The notes: generated by a model from the sequence alone, not told the origin. A stretch of DNA of 64,000 nt from Blastocladiella emersonii ATCC 22665 (GCA_025594325.1 JANHCV010000008.1:1-64000), one strand, 5' to 3'; positions 11,491-24,224 are shown, numbered from the stretch's first letter. Numbers and translations: made by a program.

Positions 11491-13260
11491 TCACTTGCGC
11501 ACCGCAAACACAAGCGGGATCTCGACCGCCTTGGCCGTGACCGTGAACTCGACCCGCGGCACGTACTCGTCGTCCGCGAGCCGGATCGCGTACCGCGCCA
11601 CGAGCCGCGCCGTGAACTGCTTGAGCTCCATGATCGCGAACGCGCGCCCGATGCACGCCCGCGCACCGCCCAGGAACGGCATGAACCCGTACGGCGGGAT
11701 CAGCCGCGTCTTGCCCGCCGGCAGCGGCTCGGTCGGCGTCGTCGCGTGGTGCACCTCGTCCGACCACCGCTCTGGGCGGAACGCGTGCGCGTCGGGGCCC
11801 CACAGCTGCGGGTCAGTGTGGATCGCTTGCTACTCGCGCGCGCGGGAGAGGGTCAGTCGCTGTTTGTGAGGGTCAGTGAGGGAGTGGGAGTAACATACGA
11901 TTGGGTAGTAGATGACGAGCCCCGCGGGCAGACTCAGCGTCTCGCCGGAGCTCAGCGGCACCTGCAGGTCCTCGGTCGCGAGTCGCGTCGTCGCGTACGC
12001 GGGCGAGTGCAGCCGCAGCGCCTCGTTGACGACATCCCCCAGGTACGTGCTGTCGACGCCGGGCGCATCAACCTCGGCCGCGAGTTTCGCCTGCACGTCG
12101 GGGTGCTTGGCGAGGTAGTAGACGAGCATGCCGAACAGGTTAGCCGACGTCTCGTGGCCCGCCGCGAGGAACGTGAGCAGCTCGTCGCGCAGCTCGCGCA
12201 TCGTGAGCTTGCCGCCGTCGCCTCCCTGCGCCACCGCGTCCATGAGCGTCGCGACGAGCGACGGCACGCCGCCGTTCACGTCGCGGCCCGCGGCCAGGTC
12301 GGCCTGCGTCGTGCGCAGGATCGCGTCGACGCTCGTCGCGACGAGCTTGCGCGCGGCGCGCAGCTCGCGGTTGCGCGGCACGGGCAGCTTGTTGAGGAGC
12401 GGGAACGCGTCGCGGAAAAAGTTCCACGCGTTGATCTCGAACACGCGCATCACCACGGCGTACGCGGTCGTCAGCGGCGACGGCTGGCCCGGCCGCAGCG
12501 CGTCAAAGTCGGTCGCGAGCGCCGCGCGGCCAATCACGTTGAGCGTGACACCCGTCGCGAGGTCCTGGAACTCGACGGGCGTGCCGCTGGCCACCGCCGC
12601 GTCGAGCAGCGCCTCGAGCTCGTCGAACGCCGCGTCCATGACGGGCAGCAGCTGCTTCATGGTCTTGAGGTTGAACACGGGGTTGACGATCTTGCGGTGC
12701 GCCTTGTGCGCGTCGCCCTCGAGCACGAGCAAACCCTGGCGGCCCGTGACGAACGCGAGCGGGTCGGCGAGCTCGGGCGGTTTGACGGTCGCGTACGCGC
12801 GCGTCGTGCACAGGTAGTAGAGCGCGCGCGGGTCCGCGACGACTACACCGGGCGACCCGCCGAGATCGCGCAGCGAATGGATCGGGCCGAGCTTGCCCAG
12901 CTGCCGCTCCTGGTACGCCACGATGCTCAGCGCGGCCAGGATCGCCGGCATGTGGCCCGTCAGGTACCGCTCGGCGAACCCCGCGTCGGCGAGGCCCGGG
13001 ACCGCGCGCCGCGTCTTGCCGTCGCGCGACACGATGTACAGCTTGCGGCGCGCCGTCGACTTGGCCCGCGCCACACGCACCAGGAACGACGTGACCGCGT
13101 GCGCCACGGGGAGCGACACGAGCGCTGCCGCGGCGGCGAGCGCGAGGACTGGGCGCGGCGTCCGCGCGAGCCGGTCGGCCACGTCGTGCGCGAGCGGCGT
13201 CGCCTTGCCGAGCAGGTCGTGCACCGCGTCGTGCAGGTAGGTCGTCGAGAGGACCGGCAT
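11491..13260 (-). CDS. Cytochrome P450 (paralog A)
   Basis: N-terminal hydrophobic anchor, AGHETS (I-helix), EALR, FRPERW and FLGGARACIG heme motif. One intron after YPI. Confidence 0.93.
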
Positions 13261-13826
13261 GGCGGGCGGTGTGGATGGATCGGTTGGCGCTGCCGGGAGC
13301 GTGGGAAGCGCGCAGCCGGCCGCCGCCGACTTGTACCGCATGCGTCCATTCGCAGCTCATAGCCCGTCAAAGGGCGCGATGCATCGCGGCACAACACGTC
13401 GCCAAGCCAAAGAGCGGGGGCGAGGCAAAGAGCCTGGCCCGATTTACTCCGTGGCCGCCGTGACAAGGGCGCGTCCGCGACCCGGCGACGCGCGCCAGCC
13501 GAGGCTTGAGCGACGCGTCCCCCCGATCTGCCCAGTTTGGCAGGCGGGAGACGGACGCGTCGGCGGACGCGGAAAATCTGCTGCGACGCGACCTCGACCG
13601 CGTCCAGAAAGCAACGCGGCGGAGGAGCAGACGGGAGGCGTACGGAAAAACAAAGGCCATGGCCACGGACACGGACACGGTCACGGTCATGGTCGCGATC
13701 ACGGCGACCACGGACTTCCACGAGCACAGCGAGGGCTCACTGCGCGGATCAATGCAACAACACACTTCTACGTGGCAAGAGAATGAATACCGTTGTATTG
13801 GGACAGTGAGCGTGCGAGTTGGTGCG

Positions 13827-15541
13827 TCAGAGCAGCTCGAGCATCACCATTCCGCGAAGGACAAGCTTGCCGCCCACAAGCGGCGACGGCTTCAGACATG
13901 AACCCCATGCTAGGTTCGGGCCCGACCGAGCCGCGGGAAGCCGCCATGTCATGATATCGCGATCGACATGCGCGCAAGTATCCGCCTTGTGGCGGCTGAC
14001 GCAAGTGTCTGAGAACTGCGACGTTGCGCGCGAGTAAACCATAAAGGAAACTCGCTGGGGAACCTTGGCCCGCTGCTCGATGTACGGGATGTCGTCGAGA
14101 GACTTTGGCGCACATTGCACACTTTCAAGGGATCGGAGGGCCGAGTATTAGTGACGAGGAGGTATCTCGGCAGATATGAGCAGGTCGTGACGTACAGGGA
14201 GACCGCTCGCACCGTCTGATTCTCGCGCTTCTTCGGCGCCACTTGCACCTGGAGTAGGCGACCTCCAAAGAAGACGGGCGGGCTTTGATACGTGACATGG
14301 ATGTCGTCGACCACCTCGAACGAGAAGGGGATTCGCAAGCAATGACGACGAGGCGACGCCATTGTAGCAACAGTCGCGTCAGTAGCCTTGCGCGAGCGAA
14401 GTGAGTCTTCGCCGTCCTCGGTCGCCTCCCCAACCATGCCAGCGCCAGGGTCCTCAAGCCGGCCGATGTCTAGGACAGGTTCCTCGGACTTCGGAGGTTC
14501 GGGATAGCCAGCAACAAGCAGCCGTTTCTGATCCTTGGGCGCCGATACAATAGCGTTTTCAAGGGAGTGCGCGTCAAACGCGATAGAGCGGACGCCCGAG
14601 GCAAAGATGGGGTCGCGCGTTGCAAGCGGGGACGCGAGGACGAGGGCAATCTCCGCATTGCTCATCGTGTTGAAGAGGACGGCGCGAAGGATGTCGGCAG
14701 GCGCCACGTCCAGCTCGTGCAAGAACTCGAAGCGGGAGAGCTCGGACGGCGCGTAAAGGTTTGGCGACAGCACGACTTGGCGCACGAGCTGGCGCGGGCA
14801 CTCGGAAAGAATGGCTCGCGTGAGCGGGGAGGGTCCGAGAAACCGCAGGTGCTCCTGCGCGGAGCGTAGAAGCGTCCGGACCGCGGAGGGAAGAACCCGC
14901 TCCGAGTCGTGAGTCAGGGCCAACACGCGAGCCGCGACCAAAGGAAATGGATCGAGGCTCGGGTCCGCAACCGAGGAACACGATGCGAGCATGTCGGTGT
15001 ACGACGTCACGCATGTTTCGAGCAGGCATGCGAGGTCTAGCACGTTCATAATTAGCTCCGAGATATCCTTCGAGGTTGTAGGCCCGGGACGCACCAAGGT
15101 ACATAGCAGTCTCGAGCACATCAAGGAAAGTGTCGGCCGTGATCCGTTCGGCCATGAGCTGAGTGCAACCACCGTACAGCGCGATGACGGCCGTCTCCCA
15201 CGCATGGATAATCCGCCTCAACGTCGTTGCACTGTCATCGTCACTCTGAAGCGGGAGAGGGAGCGGGAGCGAGAGCTCGAGTAGAGACTGCTGTCGTCGC
15301 TAGGAATGTGCCAATCGTCGCTCAGCCGCGCGGCAAAGTAGGGGCTCTGGGCGAGAACCACCCGGTGAAGCGGATAAACGCGTCCGTGCAACAGGATGGT
15401 GATGTCGGACTGGTCGCCGCTGACCGCACGGAGCTGGAAGTAGCGGACGAGCGAGGGATGTTGCTTGGTGCACTCACACTCGTTGGCAAGCGCGTCCTTG
15501 AAGGACGGTGGATTTACATTTGTTGCATCAGGTTGTTCCAT
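13827..15541 (-). pseudogene. BTB/POZ-domain protein with C-terminal beta-sandwich (copy 1), probably frameshifted
   Basis: BTB motif SDITILLHGRVYPLHRVVLAQSPYF, collinear with 15972..17847, with two shared intron positions. The frame changes near 15300, between the BTB core and QQSLLELSLPL...HAWET, and I found no workable intron there. Confidence 0.55.
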
Positions 15542-15971
15542 GATTCGGGCAGTTTGTGGTGAGCTGGAAGATGGCCCAGGGAGCTTCGTGCGCTCGCGCG
15601 CGGCGCGACAGGCCAACGCGGATCGCCCGGGCTGTCACATGGTCCGCGCGCCATTCCAGTTGTGTGGCGCATCGCGTCGCTCTCTCCGACAGTCCGCGTT
15701 GAATGCGAGCGGCCTCTACAAGCTCGCGCCCCTTCTCCTCGTGAACTCACCTTCCTGAGCATGCGGATTCGAGGCACGCGAGCGGTCGCTATCGCGTTCG
15801 CGTACTCATTCACGTTGAGGGACTGACCTCGACCACGATTCTTGCCACCAGTGCCGTAAGCCTGCGCCATCAATCTGCGGCCGTGTGCGCATCTCGTGTG
15901 GCGCATCGTGTCCGCGCGACTTTGACCAGTTGCCCGGTGAACAGAACCAACGAGCTAACGATGTATTCGGT

Positions 15972-17847
15972 TCAGATCAGCTCCAAAACAAACATCCCGC
16001 GGAGGACCGCCTTTCCGTCGACCACTGGGAGCGATTGCTTGCCATAGAACGTCCACACGTTGTTCACCACAGAGCAGGGCACGGCCCACTTCCACCTTCT
16101 TGGCTCGATCAGATCATGGGGCTTCAGCGAAGGGGAGCATAGCGAGGCGGTCCCATCAGGAACTGCGAGCAGATATGCAACCGCATGCGCGCGGTACGTG
16201 GCAATGGTTCGAGGATCAGAGTACATAGCGACCCCGCCAGCAGAGGGGGCAGTGGTGCTTGAACAAGTTGAGACGCTACATGGCGATACAGGTGTTGTTA
16301 GGCAATGATGTACCAACGCGTATGTCGCATGGAGAAAAAAAAGACATACAGGCGCGCAAAAAATCCGCCTTGGTCATTTCCAAAGTTCGGGCCCAGCGAG
16401 AGCGAATAAGTCCGCCCGCCGAAGAAGATAGGAGCCAGCGCCTGTTGGGGATAGGACTTGGGCGCGGATGTAAGCGAAAAAGGGATGCGCAAACAATGGC
16501 GGCGGGGAGTGGTCATGACCTGAGCGATGTCCGCATTGCAATCCAAAGCCTCGAAGTCCGTTCGCGTGAAGCTATAGTCAACTACGGATTCGGACTCGAG
16601 CCCGTTGGGCGGCTCAGGGTAACCAGGTGCAGGTAGGCGTTGATCGTCAGTGCGAGCAGTAATCACGGCCGCACGAAGTGAAAGCTTGTCAAACGCAAGA
16701 GATTTGACGGCAGCCAGGAACATGGCATCCCGGGATGCAAGAGAGGACGTAAAGACTTGATTGAGTTCCACTTCGGACATGTTGGCGAAGAGGACAACGC
16801 GGAGAATGTCAGCTGGGGCAACATCAAGTTCCGCGAGGAACTCAAAGCGCGAATATTCCGACGGCGACCAGAAATTGGGTGAAACAACGACACGTCGGAC
16901 GACCTGGCGGGGGCAACCTTTGAGAATAGTCCTGGCGACTGGGTTTGGGCCAAGAAAGTGGAGGTGATCAATCGTTATCGTAAAAAGGGACGAGATCGGC
17001 TTTGGGAACTCGCTCTCGATGCAAGCCGTAAGAAGGCGGGCGACCAAACGCACGGAAGGGTCGTCATCGGGGGCTGCAATTGTCGAGCAACCGTTGAGAC
17101 GAGCAACGTAGAAGTCATAGCAAGCATCGGCGAGCTGAGGCAAGGCTACATACGGTCCAGCCGTACCAAGTAAGCCTTAGAACGCGGGTGGATCACGCGC
17201 GGGGCGAACGTACCAAAGTAGGTCGCCGCATGAACAGTGTCAAGGAAGTTGGCGGGCGTGATGCGCGAAGTCATCAGCTTGGCACAGCCGCCGTAGAGTG
17301 CGACAATGACCGTCTCCCACGCGTGCACCGAGCGATCGTAATTGCAGTCACTCCCGGTATCATCGATGATGGTGAGCTCGCCGATGAAGCCGGTCAAGTC
17401 CGACACACCGTCTTCATGAAGATCAACCGTGTTCACCTCGTCAGCTTCGCAGCGCGGGTCGGTAAACTCGACGCTGTGCTCGTCGCCCCGGAAGGTACTG
17501 GACCCATCAACGTAATCAACCGGGCCGTACTCGTCGTCCGGTTCGGAAGGAGTAACTTCGGCCTCGTCCGGTAGCGTGAAGTCAAGCGGCAACACGCCGC
17601 CGTCCAAGGACGAAGCCCACTCACCGCTGAGCAGGGCCGCAAAGAAGGAGCTCTGGATGAGCACGTTGGAGTGCAGCGCGTAAAGTCGGCCGTGCAGCGA
17701 GACGGTCATGTCCGAGCGGTCGCCCGAGACGGCAAGCTCCTGGAAGTGACGGACGAGTCGCGGACACTTGGCCGCGCACTCGCACTCGAGGGCGAGCGTG
17801 TGCCGGTAGGACGGCGGATATACATTTGTTGCATCAGGTTGATCCAT
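15972..17847 (-). CDS. BTB/POZ-domain protein with BACK-like and C-terminal beta-sandwich regions (copy 2)
   Basis: SDMTVSLHGRLYALHSNVLIQSSFF. Two GT-AG introns (after YF and near RL) join the three ORFs in frame. It ends LRGMFVLELI, like copy 1. Confidence 0.75.
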
Positions 17848-17994
17848 GGTTACGTGTGAGGTGTGGAGTCTGACGAGAGAGGCGAGGGAGATAATATAGC
17901 GCGATCGTGGGTGGCGGGTGTCTCCCTGCTCCGCGGCGTCAGGCCGCGTTCCGGTCGCTCGGGCGACTCCACCCAAGGACGTATACACTGTGAT

Positions 17995-19332
17995 CTATTC
18001 GAGCCAGCGGTACATGTCGGCAGCGAGGTACAGGCTTCCCGCGACGACCACGTCGAGCTCGCCCTCCTGACTGAGCGGCAGATCCGCGAGGTTGAGGTCC
18101 CACACGCGCTTGGCCTCCGCGACGACGTGCGCGCCAGGCATTGCCGCACGGACAGCGTCCGCGAGCTCGGCGGCAGCGACGGGGCGGACCCATGGCATGT
18201 GCTCGACGTCCGAGAACTCGACGCACGCAACGCGGTCACCGGGGCGGACAAGGGCGGCGACGACGGGCGCGACGGCCTTGCCGCGGGTCATACCGATGAT
18301 CCAGGTGAGCGGGCGCGTGCGCGCGGCGTTGTTGAGGTAGGCGGCGAGCTGGTGGGCGCCGTCGGGGTTGTGTGCGCCGTCAACGAGGACGCGCGCGGTG
18401 GGGATGCCGGGGAGGGCGACGCGGTGCAGGCGGCCGGGCCACGACATGCTGGCGAGGGCGGCGGCGAGGTCAGTGTCCGAGACGGGCCACTGGAGCGCGT
18501 CGACTACGGCGAGCGCGGTGGCGGCGTTGGCGACCTGGTATCCGACAATGGCGCCGGGGTTGCCGTCGGGGAAGGCGAGGGTGCGTGAGGACTCGTCAGC
18601 GAAGTAGACGACGAGAGATCCGTTAGTCCACTCGGCGCGGTCGATCCAGATCGCGGCGGGCGTCTCGGCGGCGACAGCAACGCGGACCTGGTCGGGGTAC
18701 GACTGCGGACCGATGACGGACACGACGGGCGGCGGGGCGAGGATACCGGCCTTGTGGCGGGCGATTTCGTTGACCGTGGACCCGAGCAGGGCCTCGTGGT
18801 CGATCCCGATGCGCGTGATGACGGACGCGAGCAGCTTGCCCTCTCCGCTCTCGGCAGGCCCCGAACAGGCGCACGGGAGGCGGTGGCGGAACACGTTGGT
18901 CGCGTCGTCGCGCCCGCCGACGCCGACCTCGATCACGGCGGCCGTGACGCCGCGCGAGACGAGCCAGGCGAGGCACGCGGCGACGTCGAGCTCGAACTCG
19001 GTCGGCGCCTGTGCGCCCTCGGGCAGCCCGGCGAGGACGCGGGCGCGCGCAGCGGCGTACTCGTGCTCGGACGCGGGCACGCCGTCGATGCGCCAGGCGT
19101 CGCGTGGGCGGACGAGGTGTGGCGACGTGAAGGTGGCGACGGCCGGGTAGACGCAGCGCATGGCGCGGGCGAGGAAGGCGGCGGTCGAGCCCTTGCCGTT
19201 GGTGCCCGCGACGTGCACGACGGCGAGCCGCCGCTCCGGGTGGCCCGCCCCGCACAGCAGCGCCGCCACGCGCGCCAGGCCGAGGTCGAGCTCGCCGCGC
19301 GGGGCTGCTGCCGCGGTGTTCATGTGCTGCAT
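17995..19332 (-). CDS. FolC-family dihydrofolate synthase/folylpolyglutamate synthase
   Basis: HVAGTNGKGS P-loop, FTSPHL, EVGVGGRDDATN, DHEALLG, WPGRL, DGAHN and GSLYL motifs. Intronless from ATG at 19332. Confidence 0.92.
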   Translation of the reverse strand: MQHMNTAAAAPRGELDLGLARVAALLCGAGHPERRLAVVHVAGTNGKGSTAAFLARAMRCVYPAVATFTSPHLVRPRDAWRIDGVPASEHEYAAARARVLAGLPEGAQAPTEFELDVAACLAWLVSRGVTAAVIEVGVGGRDDATNVFRHRLPCACSGPAESGEGKLLASVITRIGIDHEALLGSTVNEIARHKAGILAPPPVVSVIGPQSYPDQVRVAVAAETPAAIWIDRAEWTNGSLVVYFADESSRTLAFPDGNPGAIVGYQVANAATALAVVDALQWPVSDTDLAAALASMSWPGRLHRVALPGIPTARVLVDGAHNPDGAHQLAAYLNNAARTRPLTWIIGMTRGKAVAPVVAALVRPGDRVACVEFSDVEHMPWVRPVAAAELADAVRAAMPGAHVVAEAKRVWDLNLADLPLSQEGELDVVVAGSLYLAADMYRWLE

Positions 19333-19479
19333 CTTGTTTGTGGGAGGAGAGAAGAAGAAGCGACGTGGCAGCGACTTGGCCGCGGAGAAGAACGGCGCGC
19401 CGACCTCGCACCGACAACCACCCTCCCCACGCGGCGCCGCACTCAGCGCCCGCCCCCCTCCCACTGCATGCAACGCACC

Positions 19480-22245
19480 ATGGACGGCGACTACGACGAC
19501 TGGGACACGCCCGCTGCACCGCGCGGCGGCCTCGGGTTCGCTGCCCCGCCCGCGCGGCCCGCTGCTGCCCCCGAGGAGGCCTCTGTCGCACCCGCGTCCG
19601 ACGACGAGGACGATGACGATGCGGCGATCAGCGCGCAGGCCGACCGGCTGCGCAAGCAGAAGCAGTCGCGGCGGTTCCGCGACGCGGTGCACGCGGCCGA
19701 CGGCGAGATCCCGCTCATGCTCGACAGCAGCGAGGACGACTACGACGCCAAACCCGCCCACCGCGCCCGCTTCGCCGCCGCCGCCAACTCGAGCGACGAG
19801 GATACGCGCGCCGGCAGCGATGACGACGGGCCGCGTCGCCGCCGCCAGCGCAAGTTCGGCAACGACTTTGGCGACGACAACTCGGACGACTCGGACGACG
19901 ACCGCGAGCGCGCGCGCCGCCGCGCCGCCGCTACCAAGAAGCAGCGCGCCGCGCCGCCCAAGCAGCAACAGCCCAGGCAGGCGCAACCCCCAAAACCCAA
20001 GAAGAACTTCGGCGTGTTCGCCGGCACCGGCGGCCTCGGCCTCAAGCTCATGATGAAGATGGGCTACACCCCCGGCAAGGGGCTCGGCACCAAGGAGGAG
20101 GGCATCGTCGAGCCCGTCGAGGCTGTGCTGCGCCCGCGCGGCGCCGGTATCGCCTACGACGACTGGGAGGAGCGCGCGCCCGCCCCACCACCACCGCCCG
20201 CACCCAAAACCAAGGACGAGGACGGCGCCGCCATGGACGTGGACGGCGACGACGACGCGGGGCTCAACTTCCGCTTCGCGCGCGGCGGTGTCGAGGAGCT
20301 GTCGTCCTCGCAGTCGCGCCGCAACCCGCGTGGACCCGCGCGCCGCAACCGGTACAAGAAGTCGGCCTCGGCGATCCCCGTCGCCGTCAACGAGGACGGC
20401 GTACCCCTGCGCGCCGACCTCCCTGCGCCCGACGACGACGACGCCCCCGCCATCGACCTGCGCGGGAACGCCGCCGCAGCCATCACCACGGGCCCGCTCG
20501 CCAACCTGCTCGACCACCTCGCCGGATCCGCCGCCGACGCTACCCGCAAGATGCACGCCCGCCGCGCGCGCCGCGCCGCTGACCTTGAGCGCGTCGCTGC
20601 CCTGCGCGCCCACCTCGACGCCGCGCGCGACCGCCTCGGCGCGCGGACCGAGCAGACGCGTAACGTTGAGACAGCCGTCGCCGTGGTCCGCCGCCAGGCG
20701 TCTGGCGGGGACTGGGTCGCGACGGTCAAGGGCATGGCCGGGTTCGCCGGACTCGCCCCGCTCGCCGCTGCCGTCGCGGTGCCGCGGCTCTGGTCCATGT
20801 TCGTCGACTGGGACCCGTGGGCCGAGCCCGACTTTGGCGCCGAGGAGCTCGCCGTCGTCCGTTCCGCCACGGCCGTCCGCGCGACGTCTGCTGCTGCGGC
20901 GCGGGCGCCCGACGCCATGGACGTGGACGGCGCCGACGACGGCGCGCACCGCACCTCGGGGACGTGGTACGAGGCCGTCTTGTGGAACGCCTGGATCCCG
21001 CGCGTCCGCGCCGGGTTCCAGCAGCCGGCCGGTCACCACCACCACCACCACCATCATCATCATCACGGGCAGCCTACCCCGCTCAACGTCACGTCCGTGG
21101 CACAGGCCTCGGTCGCCGCCGCGACGCTGCAACAGTGGTCGACCTCGGGCCTCCTCACGCCGACGCTCGCGGGGTACCTCGCCAACCAGGTCGTGCTGCC
21201 GTGCCTGCGCCGCGCCGTCGAGGCGTGGTCGCCGCACCGCGCCCCCACAACCGAGTCGGGCCCGCTCGCCCCGTGGCTCCTGCCGTGGCTCGCGGCGAAC
21301 TTGCTCCCGACGCCCGCGGACCTAACGTTCGCATGCCTCGGGTACAAGCTCGGTGCCGCGCTCGACGCCGCGCACGCGTCGCCCAGCGCGCCACACCTCG
21401 ATGCGGTCCCCGCGTCCGCCGTCTCTGCGTGGCGCCCGCCCGTCCTCAGCGACGCCGGGTGGTCGGCGTTCGTGTCGCGGCACCTCGTCCCGCTGCTCAC
21501 GGCGCACGCGGCGCGGCGCATAGTCATCGACCCGTCGAACCAGGACCCGGTGCCCGTCGACCAGCTGCTGGCGTACCACGCACACGCCGTGGTCCCGCCC
21601 GCGACGCTCGCAGCCGTCCTCGTCGGCGGCGGGGTTTTGGCGAAGTGGACGTCCGTCCTGCACGCGTGGCTCACGCAACCCGGCGCGAATTTTGCCGAGA
21701 TCGCGGCATGGTTCCGCGCGTGGCGCGACCACGTCCCGCGCGACGTGCTCGAGGCCCCGCCCGCGCGCGCGTGGCTCGGCGCCGCGCTCGACATGATGCG
21801 GCGCGCGGTCCAGGGCGAGCCTGTCCCCGCGCCCGAGATCCTCGTTCGGCAGGTGCCGCGCGCGGCGGCAGCTGCTGCGTCGGCTGCCAAGCGACCCCCG
21901 CCACCACCGCAGGCGCCCCCGGCCGAGTCGGTCACGTTCAAGGCGATGCTGGAGCGCGACCTCGACGCGCACGAGCTCGCGCTGGCGCCGACGGGCCGCA
22001 CGCTCGCGCGCGTCGCGCGGCCCGTGTACCGCGTCGTCCCGCTCGGTGCACGAAAGGCCGGGACCCGCCGGCCGCCGCCCGTCTGGGTGTTCTGGGACCA
22101 GGACGTGGTGTTCCTGCGCCGCGCGCCCGCGGAGGTCGGCGAGGCCGCGGCGGCCGCAGCGTTTGACGAGAACGAGGACGACGAGGCGTACTGGGATCCG
22201 GTCGAGACGAACGCAGTGGTCGAGCGGGCCAAGGGCAGGACGTGA
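19480..22245 (+). CDS. TFIP11: G-patch spliceosome disassembly factor TFIP11/Ntr1 (Spp382)
   Basis: G-patch (GLGLKLMMKMGYTPGKGLG...GIVEPV...RPRGAGIAY), acidic N-terminus and GCFC-like region (WLLPW, WHAWL-like motifs). Intronless from MDGDYDDW. Confidence 0.82.
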   Translation: MDGDYDDWDTPAAPRGGLGFAAPPARPAAAPEEASVAPASDDEDDDDAAISAQADRLRKQKQSRRFRDAVHAADGEIPLMLDSSEDDYDAKPAHRARFAAAANSSDEDTRAGSDDDGPRRRRQRKFGNDFGDDNSDDSDDDRERARRRAAATKKQRAAPPKQQQPRQAQPPKPKKNFGVFAGTGGLGLKLMMKMGYTPGKGLGTKEEGIVEPVEAVLRPRGAGIAYDDWEERAPAPPPPPAPKTKDEDGAAMDVDGDDDAGLNFRFARGGVEELSSSQSRRNPRGPARRNRYKKSASAIPVAVNEDGVPLRADLPAPDDDDAPAIDLRGNAAAAITTGPLANLLDHLAGSAADATRKMHARRARRAADLERVAALRAHLDAARDRLGARTEQTRNVETAVAVVRRQASGGDWVATVKGMAGFAGLAPLAAAVAVPRLWSMFVDWDPWAEPDFGAEELAVVRSATAVRATSAAAARAPDAMDVDGADDGAHRTSGTWYEAVLWNAWIPRVRAGFQQPAGHHHHHHHHHHHGQPTPLNVTSVAQASVAAATLQQWSTSGLLTPTLAGYLANQVVLPCLRRAVEAWSPHRAPTTESGPLAPWLLPWLAANLLPTPADLTFACLGYKLGAALDAAHASPSAPHLDAVPASAVSAWRPPVLSDAGWSAFVSRHLVPLLTAHAARRIVIDPSNQDPVPVDQLLAYHAHAVVPPATLAAVLVGGGVLAKWTSVLHAWLTQPGANFAEIAAWFRAWRDHVPRDVLEAPPARAWLGAALDMMRRAVQGEPVPAPEILVRQVPRAAAAAASAAKRPPPPPQAPPAESVTFKAMLERDLDAHELALAPTGRTLARVARPVYRVVPLGARKAGTRRPPPVWVFWDQDVVFLRRAPAEVGEAAAAAAFDENEDDEAYWDPVETNAVVERAKGRT

Positions 22246-22344
22246 GGAATACACATGGACTTGTTAGCGCTGTTGACGGAGGCGAAGTCTGATGCGAGTC
22301 GCTGAGCTCGCTCTCCCAAAGAACTCGACGATCATGATACTCCA

Positions 22345-24071
22345 ATGAAGACCCCTGCTATATCAACAACGTCTCTCTATGAAACCTTGCCGCGAGACCT
22401 GATAGCACGCCTAGCTGCCGTGCCACGTCGCAATCTCGCCGTCGGCCTGGTCGCCGTGCTTCTGTCGCTCCCAGTGACCTACTCGGTCGGCCGCTTCCTC
22501 CTCGTCGGCGTGCGACGCAAGATTGCCGCGCGCCGCGGGCTGTACATCCTCTCCCCGTCGACCGGCAAGCGGCGCCCGCTCTCTGGCGTCGAAGACGGTG
22601 GGTTCCTCGCGCGGCACGTCCTCGGCGACCTCCCCGCACTCCTCGCAGCGCCGAGCCTCGTCGCGTACCAGGACCAGCAGATCGCGACCCTCGGTCCCGT
22701 CCACGCGCTGCGCGATCTCGGCGGCGCGCCGGGCGTCGTGATCGGCGACCCGCGCGCCCTCTACTACTTGTGCACGACGCGCCCCGACGCCACCGTGAAG
22801 CCGCCCGAGGTCCTGCGCCCGCTCGCGTTCGTCGCGGGCCGCACGGGCATGTTCGCGATCGAGGGCGACGTGCACCGGCTGCACCGGCGGATCCTCAACC
22901 CCGTGTTCAACCTCAAGACGCTCAAACAGCTGGTCTCGACGATGCACGCGGCGTTCGATGAGTTGCAGGCGATCCTCGACTCTGCCGCCGATGCGGGCGC
23001 GTCCGTCGACTTCCAGGACCTGACGACGCGCGTGACGCTCAACGTGATCGGCCGGACCGCGCTCGCGACCGACTTTGACGCGCTACGGCCCGGCACCCCG
23101 TCGCCGCTGACGGCGTGCATCGCGACGCTCATGCGCGTGTTCCAGTTCGAGGCGTGGAACTTTTTCCGCGACGCGTTCCCGCTCCTCAACAAGCTGCCCG
23201 TGCGCCGTAACCGCGAGCTGCGCGCCGCGCGTGCTATGCTGTTCGAGCAGGTCGAGAAGATTGTGCGCGAAGCCGCGCGCGCTGACCGGACGGCGGTGGG
23301 TGTGCCGTCGCTCTTCTCAGCGCTCACCGACGCGGTGGCGGACGGCGGCGAAGAGGGGAAGCTTTCGCCCATCGAGATGCGCGACGAGCTGCTGACGTTT
23401 CTCGCCGCGGGGCACGAGACGACCGCGAACCTGCTCGGGATGATCGCGTACTTCCTCGCCAAGCACTCGTACGTCCAGGCCAAGCTGGCCGCCGACATCG
23501 CGCGAGCTGGGACCGACAGCGAGTACCTGGGGGATGTCGTCAACGAGACGCTGCGCGTCCACTCGCCGCCCTTCTCGACCATGCGGCAGGCCGCCGAGGA
23601 CCTCGCGGTCCCGCTGTCCACGGGCGAGACACTCCACGTTCCCAAGGGTCTCCGCCTGTTCTACCCGATCGTACGTATCCGCTGCTCGCCCGTCGTCTTG
23701 CGTGATCGCTCACGCGCCCGTACCTCCAGCAAGCGACGCACAACAACCCTGCAATCTGGGGCCCGGACGCGCTCGCCTTCCGCCCCGAGCGGTGGTCGGA
23801 CGAGGTGCACCACGCGACGACGCTGACCGAGCCGCTCCCGGCGGGCAAGTCGCGGCTGATCCCGCCATACGGCTTCCTCCCGTTCCTCGGCGGCGCGCAC
23901 GCGTGCATCGGGCGTGCGTTCGCGCTCATGCAGGTCAAGCTGTGCGTCGTCCGCCTCGTGTCGCGGTACGAGATCTTGCTCGCTGATGCTGGGTTCGTGC
24001 CTACCCTCGAATACACGGTCACGGCGCGCGCCAAGGAGCTGCCGCTCGTGTTCAAGCGTCGGTCCGCGTGA
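22345..24071 (+). CDS. Cytochrome P450 (paralog B)
   Basis: AGHETT, ETLR, FRPERW and FLGGAHACIG motifs. One intron after YPI at the same position as in the paralogs. Confidence 0.9.
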
Positions 24072-24224
24072 GGAGTGTGCGCGTGCGGTGCATGGGCGTG
24101 TGCGACGCCTGCGGTGGTCGTCGTGAGGGCGGAGCGAGGCTCGTCAACTTGAGGGCCGCGCTGGCCCGTTCCCTTCTCTCCCCGCGCGGACCCCAATGTA
24201 ACTTTGAATGTAAAGCACATGAAC

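Noticed and set aside
13655-13716. Degenerate hexamer repeat (CACGGA/CACGGT) that could encode a Gly-His tract
   Set aside because: It lies between genes with no supported ORF context. It is most simply a microsatellite-like tract.
17995-21237. 1080-aa minus-strand ORF suggesting a giant FolC fusion
   Set aside because: Only the last 445 codons are FolC. The upstream part is the antisense shadow of TFIP11.
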